Assembly (NCBI GenBank): GCA_019057635.1
Contig: DXJL01000181.1
Coordinates: 1 to 35,637 of the forward strand
DNA from: Candidatus Heimdallarchaeota archaeon
GTDB taxonomy: Archaea > Asgardarchaeota > Heimdallarchaeia > Hodarchaeales > Hodarchaeaceae
Reading direction: 5' to 3'
DNA length: 35,637 nt
Numbering within the stretch: the first letter of the stretch is position 1; the number at the start of each line of letters is the position of its first letter. A program made the translations under genes and the position numbers. A model generated the notes under the pieces. That model saw only the letters and a list, made by a program, of their open reading frames with translations, ran no database searches and was not told where the DNA came from. Shown piece by piece: positions 16,528 through 26,286 of this stretch.

Positions 16528-18150
16528 CTAGAAAAACTCTGATAGGGGTTTTGGAGGCTTTTTTGCTTTTTTCTGTTTCTTCTTTGTTTTTTCTGTTTTT
16601 GTTTTGTCTATGGATAATGTTCGATCAGAAGGGAGTTTAACAGGCGATTTTTTCTTTTTAGGAGGACGAGAGGCCTTCGATTTTCTGCTTTTCTCCTTTT
16701 TTTCAGACATAGCAAGCTTCAGTTTATATGATTTCTTCAATGCTTTTTGTTGTTCTTGTACTTTTAGTAGAGTAATTTCATCAATATCTTGTTTCTGTAT
16801 TTTCTCAATGAGTGGATACTTAGAACGAATAAGGCTTTTTATCTTCCTATTTATCGCAAGATCTTTAGCAAAATAATCTATTTCTTTGTTCCAGACAATT
16901 TTAGTTTTTCGTTTACCTGCTTCAATATCAAATAGCTTAAATTCAAGCGCTAAATCAGTTGCCATCACAGGATCATTATTGAAAATGACCCTGAGATATG
17001 GAAAGATATCACGAATTGCAATATTTGCTGAAACTAAGCAGGATTTTCCCACCTTCAAAGCAATGTTCTTCCCCCTACGTTGCCTTGAAAGCGTTATCCA
17101 AAATTGGGGGACTTGTAGCTGCCAATCCTGGAAGGGTGGTAAATAATCAATTGTGGGGATAAGGGCTGTTAATCCTTTGGTCACATGAAAATAGTAATAA
17201 TATAACTGAGACCAAATTCGTTGACGAGAGGCACGGCTTAAGGCCAGATCTGCTCTAGATAACAGTGAATATACCTCAGCTAATAGTTTATAATCATCTT
17301 GTCCTATTATTCTTGCAGTAACATCTCGCAATATCAAGAGCAACTTATTATAATCAACATCAGCAAGTAAGCGAGTCTGCCGAGAAGCTTTTTCTCCATC
17401 TCGTTCAATAAAAATACTCCTGAGAAATTCACGTATGTCGACTGATTGGTCTCGATATGATAGAGTAGATAAATCTCCTTCAGTAATTACTTTTCTTCCA
17501 CTCGAGAGTGTTTGTAAGGAGTTAATTGAGCCACGAATATCATGTTTGCTGTTTTTAATGATAAAAAGAAGGACTCTGTCGGTAATCGCTATGGACTCTA
17601 CTTTGGCTATTCTTTTAAGAATTTTCATGATCTCTTTTTCTTCAGGAGAATCAAACCTGCTTAGCTCGCAATGAGAACGCAATGTTTTGAATTTTTGATT
17701 AGAAATATCATTTGCTGTTAGAATAATAGGCACTCGTGTTGATTTAATTATTTCGATAATCTCTCTAATCCCACCACGATCAGCGGTCCCACTTAAACCA
17801 TCAACCTCATCAATTAGTAGTATTTGGCCAACGATTTTATCATTTAGACTTTCCGCTAATGAACTAAATTGAGAGGCATTTCTCACGGTCTGAAGAGATG
17901 ATTTGTTACGTTTATCACTAGCATTAACTGTTACAACATCAAAATTTAGAGATTTTGCCACCGCTATAACCGAACTCGTTTTACCAATTCCTGGTGGCCC
18001 GAAAAGTAGTAAAGCATTCTTAGATTTCTTTGTTTTCAATTTAGAATCTCTAAAACGGTTTAAATATCCAATAATTGAATTAACGCTGGTGATATTACCA
18101 ATAACTTCAGATCTGCTTTGGGGCGCATATTTGTGCGTCCAAGATACCAA
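16528..18150 (-). CDS. rfcL: Replication factor C large subunit
   Basis: WTHKYAP, GPPGIGKT, NASDKR, LIDEVDG, DIRGSINSLQ, then a Lys-rich tail and PIP-like LSEFF. Confidence 0.95.
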   Translation of the reverse strand: MVSWTHKYAPQSRSEVIGNITSVNSIIGYLNRFRDSKLKTKKSKNALLLFGPPGIGKTSSVIAVAKSLNFDVVTVNASDKRNKSSLQTVRNASQFSSLAESLNDKIVGQILLIDEVDGLSGTADRGGIREIIEIIKSTRVPIILTANDISNQKFKTLRSHCELSRFDSPEEKEIMKILKRIAKVESIAITDRVLLFIIKNSKHDIRGSINSLQTLSSGRKVITEGDLSTLSYRDQSVDIREFLRSIFIERDGEKASRQTRLLADVDYNKLLLILRDVTARIIGQDDYKLLAEVYSLLSRADLALSRASRQRIWSQLYYYYFHVTKGLTALIPTIDYLPPFQDWQLQVPQFWITLSRQRRGKNIALKVGKSCLVSANIAIRDIFPYLRVIFNNDPVMATDLALEFKLFDIEAGKRKTKIVWNKEIDYFAKDLAINRKIKSLIRSKYPLIEKIQKQDIDEITLLKVQEQQKALKKSYKLKLAMSEKKEKSRKSKASRPPKKKKSPVKLPSDRTLSIDKTKTEKTKKKQKKAKKPPKPLSEFF

Positions 18151-18160
18151 GAATTTAACC

Positions 18161-19141
18161 TCAGCTTTGAGAAAGTGCTATTAATTTAGCAAGAAACGCA
18201 TCAAATTGTACTAAAGGATTACATCCTGAAGCTAGACGATAATCAACGTCGGAAAGCATCACAAGCGCTTCATACCGTAGTGATCCGGGAAGATCCTTTT
18301 CCGGTATTGTACTTAATTGACTGTTGAAATGCTTTACTAAATCTTGTCCTGAAAGACCATAAGCCTCCATTAAATTAACTACCTTTTTTCGCGCCGCATT
18401 AAAATTCGGTTTGGGACCAATGCAATTATGAATAATTTCAGATAGTTCAGTTGGTTTGACATACCCTTGAACCTGATAAACTACTTTATCAGTTACTTCT
18501 GTAGTTAAAGAAGAAGCGGCCTGTAAAGCATTTATTGCTTGTCTCATGTCCCCTTCTGAACTCTCATAAAGTGCTTCTAGACCTTTTTCATCAATTTTTA
18601 GTTTTTTCTTTGTAGCGATGAACTGTAATCGAGATATCACTTCTTTTTTTTGCAATCCTTTGAATCGGAAAATTGCACATCTAGACTGAATGGGAGATAT
18701 AATCTTTGAGCTATAATTGCATATAAGAATAAATCGTGTGATCTCATTATAAGTTTCCATGGTACGACGTAGAGCGTGCTGAGCTTCGCTGGTCATTTGG
18801 TCAGCTTCATCAAGAATGATAAGTTTGAATTTTGCTCCTCCTGATGGTAGTACGCGTGCAAAATTTTTGATATCTTCACGAACCACATTAATCCCGCGGT
18901 CATCTGACGCATTAAGACGTTTTACATTCGCTGCACGCTGAGCAAGGGTAAATATTTCATTTATTACCGCTTCTGCGGACGTAGTCTTTCCTATTCCTGG
19001 AGGACCAGAAAATAACATATGAGGGAAATCAGCTTGAGTTCCGAGCTGCTTTAATCTACCAACAATTTCTTGTTGTCCAACTACCTCATCTAAAGTTTTG
19101 GGACGAAAAAATTCAGTCCACATTCGTTCTGTGGTAACCAA
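18161..19141 (-). CDS. rfcS: Replication factor C small subunit
   Basis: WTEFFRPKTL, GPPGIGKT, LNASDDRGINVVR, LDEAD, AQHALRR, PIQSRC; no intein. Confidence 0.97.
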   Translation of the reverse strand: MVTTERMWTEFFRPKTLDEVVGQQEIVGRLKQLGTQADFPHMLFSGPPGIGKTTSAEAVINEIFTLAQRAANVKRLNASDDRGINVVREDIKNFARVLPSGGAKFKLIILDEADQMTSEAQHALRRTMETYNEITRFILICNYSSKIISPIQSRCAIFRFKGLQKKEVISRLQFIATKKKLKIDEKGLEALYESSEGDMRQAINALQAASSLTTEVTDKVVYQVQGYVKPTELSEIIHNCIGPKPNFNAARKKVVNLMEAYGLSGQDLVKHFNSQLSTIPEKDLPGSLRYEALVMLSDVDYRLASGCNPLVQFDAFLAKLIALSQS

Positions 19142-19199
19142 TATTAATCACAAACGCATAGAAATATTAGAGGAAAAAAGAAAAACGAAGATGGTTTGG

Positions 19200-20060
19200 C
19201 TAGTCTTCTTCATCGTCGTATTCATCATCATCTTCATCATCGTCGTAATCATCCGACGATGCGCCTTCCAGTTCATCATCGAGGTCAGGTTGCATAGGAG
19301 CTAATAGATAGCCAAGTTCAATTCCACGAGCATCAGTATAAAGCAAATGAAGAGGTCTTACGGACGTAAATGTCAATTGTACCTCTGAAAAAGCTTGATC
19401 AACTAAAATAAGGTTCTTAAAAGAATCAATTGAATACAGCGCTTCATGAGTGCCTTCTGCTTCTATTAATTTGGCTGCAGAATTTTCTGATTGGGCATCA
19501 ATTTCAATTTTAACCTCTCTATTGTCTTGAGAACTACTAAAAATCATTTTATTTGTTTCTGCATATAAGTTAATACTTCCACCTATTATAGAAGCATCCT
19601 TAATGAAATCTGTTAATGAACCGCTGAACAAAACCGCTTTAATATCATATTTTAGTGCGTTGGGATCAGGAAGTGTACTTTCCTCGGGTTCTGATAGTGG
19701 TAGTATAAATTGACGCTTAACTCGACCTTCAAAAGTAAATTTCAGAAGATTTTTCTCTTCATCCAGAGTAATCGTTAAGCTATCCTCTTTTCCACCTCGC
19801 TGTAAAATTCTCTTCAAATCTTGCATTTGTATTGAAATTTTATATTCCTTATCACACTTGAAATCGCCATGAAAATATTCTGGTTTAATTTTTAAATCAA
19901 CCATGGCAAATCTTGGTTTGTCCATGTTTCTAAGTGTCATTCCATCTTTCGGGTTAACTACAAATGTTCCTTCATCCTCTAATACTGTAGCTGTTGCATT
20001 AAGAACTTTTGTAAATAAATCTAAATCATCTACCTTAATTTCAAGAGTCATCTTCATCAC
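19200..20060 (-). CDS. pcn: DNA sliding clamp PCNA with a long acidic C-terminal tail
   Basis: MD..RFAMVDL, F..F.CD, DL.RIL.RG...D.L, F.LPL, YS...F, PL.L.Y and YLLAP; adjacent to rfcS/rfcL. Confidence 0.93.
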   Translation of the reverse strand: MMKMTLEIKVDDLDLFTKVLNATATVLEDEGTFVVNPKDGMTLRNMDKPRFAMVDLKIKPEYFHGDFKCDKEYKISIQMQDLKRILQRGGKEDSLTITLDEEKNLLKFTFEGRVKRQFILPLSEPEESTLPDPNALKYDIKAVLFSGSLTDFIKDASIIGGSINLYAETNKMIFSSSQDNREVKIEIDAQSENSAAKLIEAEGTHEALYSIDSFKNLILVDQAFSEVQLTFTSVRPLHLLYTDARGIELGYLLAPMQPDLDDELEGASSDDYDDDEDDDEYDDEED

Positions 20061-20159
20061 TTGTCAAAGATCAGATCTATAATCGATTGTCTGAGTTTGG
20101 TTTTATGAATTTAATGGTGATTAACTTAAATTGTTTAAATGAATCACTTTGAAGGTGAA

Positions 20160-20504
20160 TCAAATTCTGAAGAATTCAGGAGCTGATTTGCGAAAATTCA
20201 GCAACGCTTTCATTCCGTGACCTCTTCCCAGCTTTGAAATTAGAAATTCTCCATTGGTAGCAACTAAAAACTTGTTTACAGTCAAAATTTCAAGGGATCC
20301 TTGAATTTCTGAACTTAGATTCTCAGGAATTATGAAATTCAACTCAGAGAAAAGATTTGTGATATTCAATGTTAAATCTGTGCTTGTAACTCGTACATTG
20401 AAGGCTGTGAGCATCGCTAGTATTAATGAGTCTAAATTCACTTCTATTAAATCCTCTTCTAGAAAGGGAGAAGGGGAATTCTGATATGATTTTGCTAGTG
20501 CCAT
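20160..20504 (-). CDS. Small hypothetical protein, probable winged-helix fold
   Basis: Three helices followed by SLEIL...KFLV...GEFLISKLG, which resembles a wHTH wing; no family recognised. Confidence 0.55.
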   Translation of the reverse strand: MALAKSYQNSPSPFLEEDLIEVNLDSLILAMLTAFNVRVTSTDLTLNITNLFSELNFIIPENLSSEIQGSLEILTVNKFLVATNGEFLISKLGRGHGMKALLNFRKSAPEFFRI

Positions 20505-20702
20505 TGTCTCATGATAATAATCCTAGAGATAGATTAAAAACTATTAGATCACCCAAGGATCTAAGTAAAATAGTGTTCAATTGAGATTATAACTAAAAAT
20601 ATTATATCATAATGTCTTAGGTATTCAATATAAGTTATGAGATAAACCCTAGCTTTGATTTCAGCGAATTTAGGATTCGGAAAAATCTAAGAGATCAGTC
20701 CT

Positions 20703-21809
20703 ATGTCTAATATTGATAATTCAAGTGCAATAGAAGGAATAATTAGTAGTCCTGGACGTATTTGTCTTTTTGGAGAGCATCAAGATTATTTAGGGCTGCC
20801 AGTCATACCAATGGCAATAGACAGAAGGTTATATCTTTATTATTGGCTAGACCCTAAGAAATCTATGATTCAATTTTGTAGTGACTCCTTACCTCGTATT
20901 GAGAATATACTGCACACGGATATTGGCAAACTTACTGGTTCTCCGTATGACTACATCAAGGCAGTATTTAAATTCTATGATAACTCAATAGCTGGAAAAA
21001 TTTTACCCAGTGAGCTGAAAATCCGTAGTAGCATTCCAATTAAATCAGGTCTTTCATCATCAGCCGCTTTACTCGTCTCTACCGTTTTTTTGGTTGCAAA
21101 TATTGTCTTGCAGAAAGACCTAACATTGAATCAAATCGCTGATGTTGCTTTTCGTATTGAACACGATGTGCTCGGAATTTCCTGTGGTAGAATGGATCAA
21201 ACATGTGTTGCATTTGGTGGAATTTTTCAGATGACAACTACAGCTAATATAACACTTACTCCATTAACCCTTCCTGCAAACTCGTTCTTTGTAATTGGAG
21301 ATTCCGAAATAGTACGTCACGCGGATACTCCTTTAAAACACGTCCAGAAATCGATATTCAATATTTTGGAGACTTTAGGAAATCCAGACCTTCAGACTTT
21401 GCCAACAACAAGTTCAAGCCTCAAAAAACTCACAAATAAGGAAGAAAAAATAATACAGGGCATTTTAGGGGTGAGAGATAACGAAAAATTAGCTTTGAAG
21501 GAACTGCAGTCTCCAACTGTTGATTTAACGTTAATAGGATTTTTACTCGATGAACAACATCATTTCCTTCAGGATAATTATCAGGTCTCCCATCCAAAAA
21601 TTGATGAAATGTGCAAAGTTGCCAAAGAGTCTGGAGCATTAGGGGCAAAAATGACAGGAGCTGGTTTTGGAGGATGTATGTTTGCATTGACTGATTCTTT
21701 CGATGCTGCAAGTAAAATTCGTGTTAAACTAGCCCAGTATGGACAATGCTACATTGTACAACCCTCAGAAGGAGTTAAAAAAGAATCTGCTAATCAATTT
21801 TCATTTTAA
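20703..21809 (+). CDS. galK: GHMP kinase, galactokinase-like
   Basis: PGRICLFGEHQDY, PIKSGLSSSAA, CGRMDQ and GAKMTGAGFGGC; exact sugar substrate uncertain. Confidence 0.8.
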   Translation: MSNIDNSSAIEGIISSPGRICLFGEHQDYLGLPVIPMAIDRRLYLYYWLDPKKSMIQFCSDSLPRIENILHTDIGKLTGSPYDYIKAVFKFYDNSIAGKILPSELKIRSSIPIKSGLSSSAALLVSTVFLVANIVLQKDLTLNQIADVAFRIEHDVLGISCGRMDQTCVAFGGIFQMTTTANITLTPLTLPANSFFVIGDSEIVRHADTPLKHVQKSIFNILETLGNPDLQTLPTTSSSLKKLTNKEEKIIQGILGVRDNEKLALKELQSPTVDLTLIGFLLDEQHHFLQDNYQVSHPKIDEMCKVAKESGALGAKMTGAGFGGCMFALTDSFDAASKIRVKLAQYGQCYIVQPSEGVKKESANQFSF

Positions 21810-22851
21810 GATTGGCTAGTCCTTTAATAAGATCGTCTGCTTCCGGAGGATGCATTTTTTGATTATCAAAACTCAATGGAGAGCCTTTGCTAGTAACCTC
21901 ACCGATTATCTGGCTCGATCCAAATGAATTTTTATTCAAACATTCTACAATCTCAGAAGCGAATTTTCCCTCACAAATAAAAATGACCGCCCCAGATGAA
22001 ATCAATTTAAATGGATTGATATCGAGATACTCGGTTATCTTCTCAGTCACTTTTGTTACAGGAATATTTGAAGAATTAATCTTACATCCCAAATCAAAAG
22101 GGGCGAGACATTCATACAACGCACCATAGATACCGCCCTCGGTCGCATCATGAACCAAGTTTAATGCATTATGATATTGACGATTGAGAGCAAGAACCTT
22201 TTTTGAGATCGAAATTTCCATCCCAACTTTAATTCCTTCTTGTATTGTTTCCTCTGACAATTTGTTAGAAAAATAATCTTTCCCACTTGTCAATAATATA
22301 CCAGTTCCTTCAGCTCCTATCCATCCAGAACAAATTATGGCGTCGCCAGGTTTAGGATTTCGAGGAATATAATATTCAGGCGGTACGAAACCAATCATAC
22401 TCGCTGAGTATATTGGGGATTCAACACTCGCTGTAACCTCACTATGGCCTCCCAATATAGTAATACCATTATTTCCACAGATTTCAGACAATTTTTTTTG
22501 AAAATCCATAATTAAATCACTTGATGTTCTTGGTGGAAGAAGAATTGTAATGGTTATTCCATAAGGAATAGCTCCACAAGTCGCTAAATCATTCATATTC
22601 ACTGTAACAAGATATTTCGCTGGATTAGGTGTGGGAAAAGTGATTGGATCTGCTTTATATATTAAATAAGGTGTAGTGGATGTATTATAGTGTTCTCGAA
22701 TTTGTTTGAATATTTCCTGTAAATCTAAGGTAGCTATATCAATACCAGGAGCGGGTTCTTGAACGATTCCACGATTATTTTGATATCCTCTCAGTTTAAC
22801 AAGATTCGATAAGAGATCCCAAGGTATCTTCCCTTCTGGTAACTCGTTCAT
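21790..22851 (-). CDS. AIR-synthase/PurM-like (HypE-related) protein
   Basis: GKIP, G.D.A, DPIT, NMNDLATCGA.P, ILGGHSE, HDATEGG, LISSG. Confidence 0.88.
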   Translation of the reverse strand: MNELPEGKIPWDLLSNLVKLRGYQNNRGIVQEPAPGIDIATLDLQEIFKQIREHYNTSTTPYLIYKADPITFPTPNPAKYLVTVNMNDLATCGAIPYGITITILLPPRTSSDLIMDFQKKLSEICGNNGITILGGHSEVTASVESPIYSASMIGFVPPEYYIPRNPKPGDAIICSGWIGAEGTGILLTSGKDYFSNKLSEETIQEGIKVGMEISISKKVLALNRQYHNALNLVHDATEGGIYGALYECLAPFDLGCKINSSNIPVTKVTEKITEYLDINPFKLISSGAVIFICEGKFASEIVECLNKNSFGSSQIIGEVTSKGSPLSFDNQKMHPPEADDLIKGLANLKMKID

Positions 22852-22924
22852 ACAAAATCTATTCCTAACTTGTGCAAAGTATTTATTACGAGATTGTTTT
22901 CAAGGTGTAGAAAGGGACTAATAA

Positions 22925-23446
22925 ATGAAACGGGAGAAACCTATATTTGCGGAAACATTTTTCTCTCTCGGGAAGAACCGAATAACACAATCTATGTACT
23001 TTTATTATTATGATACATCAAAAATTTACTACAATTTAATGAAAACAGGTGCTATTCGGGGTGAGCTTGATTCCATTCAATCTAATCTGCAGCGTTATAT
23101 CGATGAGGACACTCTCCATATTAATGAAAATCTGACTAGAATGGTAATCGATTCTGCTGATGTGCTTTTTCGTGATAATGATCCGTTATTCCCAATTCTT
23201 AGCTTTCAAGTACTCTCTACACCCTATAGCCTGAGTACCGAATCTTTCAATGAAGTTCATTTGTATGCGAAACCCGAAAAAATCCCCTACTCTGCAATTT
23301 CTTGTTGGTTTACCTGTGGTTATATCCTAAAAGTAGAATCTAATTCTTTTTTCAGGACTAATGACATCCAACAAAATGTTACTTTTTATCTTACCAAAAA
23401 TGAGATTGTTGGTGATCATGAAAGGATTTTTATTCAATATTCATGA
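22925..23446 (+). CDS. Hypothetical protein
   Basis: 173-aa ORF with ATG start and plausible beta-rich composition, divergent from the PurM-like gene; no family named with confidence. Confidence 0.7.
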   Translation: MKREKPIFAETFFSLGKNRITQSMYFYYYDTSKIYYNLMKTGAIRGELDSIQSNLQRYIDEDTLHINENLTRMVIDSADVLFRDNDPLFPILSFQVLSTPYSLSTESFNEVHLYAKPEKIPYSAISCWFTCGYILKVESNSFFRTNDIQQNVTFYLTKNEIVGDHERIFIQYS

Positions 23447-23644
23447 GCCATTATTTGCTATTTATGAAAAAGATGTTTATACAAACGACGATACTCAAGC
23501 ACTTACTGTCAGAGTGGAAGTTTATAATCCATCAATTAGGTAAATGGCTAAAAATAGACATTATATTGCTTTATCTCCATAGAGCAAGAAGATATTATAT
23601 ATTGCCATTCAGATCGTTCAGATGAATGCTGGAAATGTTACTTA

Positions 23645-24277
23645 ATGGCCGAGCTTGGACAATCAATCTTTGATATTCTTGTTTTCGTACTTCCTCTATA
23701 TTTCGGGAATGCTGCGCCAACGATTCTTGGAGGTGGCCCTCCTATCGATGGGGGACGTTATTGGAAAGATGGTAAACGAATTTTAGGTGATGGTAAGACA
23801 ATTCGAGGCTTTTGGCTTGCAGTCCTAGTTGGAATGGTCATAGGATTTTTCTTAGCAGTGATTATTGCTTCCTTTGATGGAGTGCTCTTCGGCAATCCTC
23901 CTATTGATATAAGACTCGAGTACCAAGAATTTTACCAATCGAGTATTGTATATTCACTGATATCCTTCTTGAACTTACCTGACGTATTAGCTGATCCACT
24001 AGTGCTTGGTGGAGTAGCAGGAGGACTTTCAACTCTTGGAGGGATGACTGGTGATATGGTTGGCTCGTTTATCAAACGTAGAAGTGGAATTTCTCGTGGA
24101 AAAACCTTTATTTTTCTTGACCAGCTCGGATTTCTTATCCTAGGTATGGTGTTTGTATATCCTGTTATACCATGGCCTCCACTATGGTTAGCATTCTTAG
24201 TTCCAATAACTTTTCTAACTCACATCGCTGCAAATTTATTTGGATACTTTACTGGTATTCAAGACGATCCTCTTTAG
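23645..24277 (+). CDS. carS: CDP-archaeol synthase
   Basis: PLYFGNAAP, GGGPPIDGG, DGKRILGDGKT.RG, GDMVGSFIKRR, LDQLGF; polytopic membrane protein. Confidence 0.95.
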   Translation: MAELGQSIFDILVFVLPLYFGNAAPTILGGGPPIDGGRYWKDGKRILGDGKTIRGFWLAVLVGMVIGFFLAVIIASFDGVLFGNPPIDIRLEYQEFYQSSIVYSLISFLNLPDVLADPLVLGGVAGGLSTLGGMTGDMVGSFIKRRSGISRGKTFIFLDQLGFLILGMVFVYPVIPWPPLWLAFLVPITFLTHIAANLFGYFTGIQDDPL

Positions 24278-24461
24278 AATTTGCATCTGACTGGTCATTT
24301 TTAACAACTAGGTTTTAATGAAATCTCAGTAACGATATTAGTGAGTGAAACCAGATTAGTAAGATTTTTCAAGTCATCTGTTAGGGGAAATGTGGGATAA
24401 CAAAATATCAGTGACTCGTAGACTAAACACTTTACTTAGAGTAACAAGGAGTAATTCGAAA

Positions 24462-24740
24462 ATGTCAGAGGATAATACGGTATTCATTGGAAACAAACCT
24501 GTTACAGCATATGTCATGGCTTGTGTGACACAATTCAATCGGAATGCAGATTCAATTGTACTAAAAGCTCGTGGTCGAGCTATAAGTCGAGCAGTAGACG
24601 TTGCCGAGGTTTTGAGGCATAGATTCATGAAAGATCTCGTTGAACTTACAGACATAAAAATAGCCACAGAACAAATAGAAACACGTGAAGGTAATCTAAC
24701 AAATGTTAGCGCAATCGAAATTACCATCACCAAGACTTAA
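24462..24740 (+). CDS. albA: DNA/RNA-binding protein Alba
   Basis: VFIGNKP...[25 protein letters not shown]; ATG at 24462 is preceded by AGGAG and preferred over 24390. Confidence 0.96.
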   Translation: MSEDNTVFIGNKPVTAYVMACVTQFNRNADSIVLKARGRAISRAVDVAEVLRHRFMKDLVELTDIKIATEQIETREGNLTNVSAIEITITKT

Positions 24741-24939
24741 AGACCGTCGTAAAACCTTGAATTAAACACTACATTTTCTTGCAGGTTAAATCCACTCTAT
24801 ATAAATTCAAGTGGAAATTCTCACAATTTTCTCTTTTTTACTATTAATAATGGTCTTTCATTTTGTTATGAACTCATTCATAGACTAGTTTGACATACAA
24901 TCCCGAGTTTTAACTCTAGACTTGGATCATTCATTGTGA

Positions 24940-25650
24940 ATGTATATAGAAATATTTATTATCGTAGTAATCCGTTTTTTTGTGAAAACAAACGGAATAT
25001 CCAAAAAAACAAGTAAAAAAAAATTGGTGCATTTCGTGAAAATTGTAGATCAAGTTTGTGACAAAATACGACCAAATCTGACGATCGAATATCAGTCTGG
25101 TCGGTTAAATGTAAAAGATTTCCGTGATTTAATCAAAAGAATTAACTTTTCTCCACGGGAAAAACGTTACGTAAGTGCAAATTTCAGATTAATTATCACA
25201 AAGCTCGGGCTATTTCATTATTTACCTGAAATCAGCGGAAATGAAGATTTGGCTTTATTTCAACTGATAGAAGTTGTAACAGAAACTTGGATCGAATCAG
25301 GAATAGTGAAAAATAGAAGTGAGGCCGCTAATCGCCTCATAGAGCAGATTAAAGAAAGAATTCAGAACAAAACGATCACAATCTTATCTGTTTCAGAAGC
25401 TGGAGATTTAAGAATTTTAATTCAATCTTTACGCGAGAATATAGCACGTTTTTGGGAGAAATCACCAGAGAGAATCCCTGAATTTATTGAACAATTTCGT
25501 GATGTACTTTCAGAGACGAGTCAATCTTCTAGACTACTTTATGATATCGCATCATATAATCGGAAAATTCAAACTGGAAAAGTGAAGTATTCTGAAGACA
25601 TTCTTGAAATCGTGGACGAATGGGAACAAAGATTATATTTAGATAAATAA
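24940..25650 (+). CDS. Hypothetical all-alpha protein
   Basis: Long ORF with amphipathic helical pattern; true start probably about 30 codons downstream (GTG of VHFVKIVDQ). Confidence 0.7.
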   Translation: MYIEIFIIVVIRFFVKTNGISKKTSKKKLVHFVKIVDQVCDKIRPNLTIEYQSGRLNVKDFRDLIKRINFSPREKRYVSANFRLIITKLGLFHYLPEISGNEDLALFQLIEVVTETWIESGIVKNRSEAANRLIEQIKERIQNKTITILSVSEAGDLRILIQSLRENIARFWEKSPERIPEFIEQFRDVLSETSQSSRLLYDIASYNRKIQTGKVKYSEDILEIVDEWEQRLYLDK

Positions 25651-25680
25651 TGAGGGGAAATTGGGGATTTTCTATTTTGT

Positions 25681-26286
25681 CTATGATAAGAATTCCTCAA
25701 ATCTTGTTCGTCCAAGTTGATATGCTTCTAAATTCAGGTCATAAAATTGCTCTTTGAATTGAAGTTTAAGAGCATTTTTTAGAGCTTTATTTGTTAAAGG
25801 TAGATCAGGAACAGCAGATAATGATCCTAACATTATTATGTTCTGTATTATAGGTTTTCCAAGATCGGTTGCCAGTTGCGTTGCATTAAGAGAGAAGATC
25901 CGAGTAGAATAGTTCTTTAGTTCAGTAAGTATTGTTTTTACCTCTGGATAACTATTTTTAGATAAGATAAAACTTGGGCTGGGAATTGGATATTTATTTA
26001 CTAAACTATACCCATTTGGGTTAATGAACTGAGCGTATCGTAATGCCTCAGCTGGCTCAAAACCCATTAGTATATCAGCTGTCCGTTCCATAATTAAGGG
26101 TGAATGAACATCCCCTAATCTAACATTTGAAAACACACTTCCGCCTCGTTGGGACATACCATGAGTTTCAGATCCACGTACAGTAAATCCCATTTCCAAT
26201 GCTGCATTACAGAGAATGTCAGTAGCAGAAAGAATTCCCTGACCCCCCACACCTGCTAAAAATATCTGGTATTGCATTTTATTCAC
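25681..26286 (-). CDS. iorB: Indolepyruvate:ferredoxin oxidoreductase beta subunit
   Basis: AGVGGQG, SETHGMSQRGGSV, FEPAEALR, NIIMLG; overlaps the iorA stop. Confidence 0.95.
   Translation of the reverse strand: MNKMQYQIFLAGVGGQGILSATDILCNAALEMGFTVRGSETHGMSQRGGSVFSNVRLGDVHSPLIMERTADILMGFEPAEALRYAQFINPNGYSLVNKYPIPSPSFILSKNSYPEVKTILTELKNYSTRIFSLNATQLATDLGKPIIQNIIMLGSLSAVPDLPLTNKALKNALKLQFKEQFYDLNLEAYQLGRTRFEEFLS

Noticed and set aside
19200-19290. TCA/TCG/TCT triplet repeats resembling a microsatellite
   Set aside because: They are simply the Asp/Glu codons of the PCNA tail.
19540-19570. Possible equivalent of the eukaryotic PCNA K164 ubiquitination site
   Set aside because: By-eye alignment (YAETNKMIF vs SCAKDGVKF) puts Thr at that position; the Lys is two residues away.
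21790-22851. Calling the PurM-like protein hypE or selD
   Set aside because: It lacks the C-terminal PRIC motif of HypE and the N-terminal Cys/Sec-x-x-Lys motif of SelD.
23361-23625. Two 60-aa ORFs and a possible frameshifted extension of the 22925 gene
   Set aside because: The upstream gene ends plausibly, there is no slippery site, and neither peptide has a recognisable motif.
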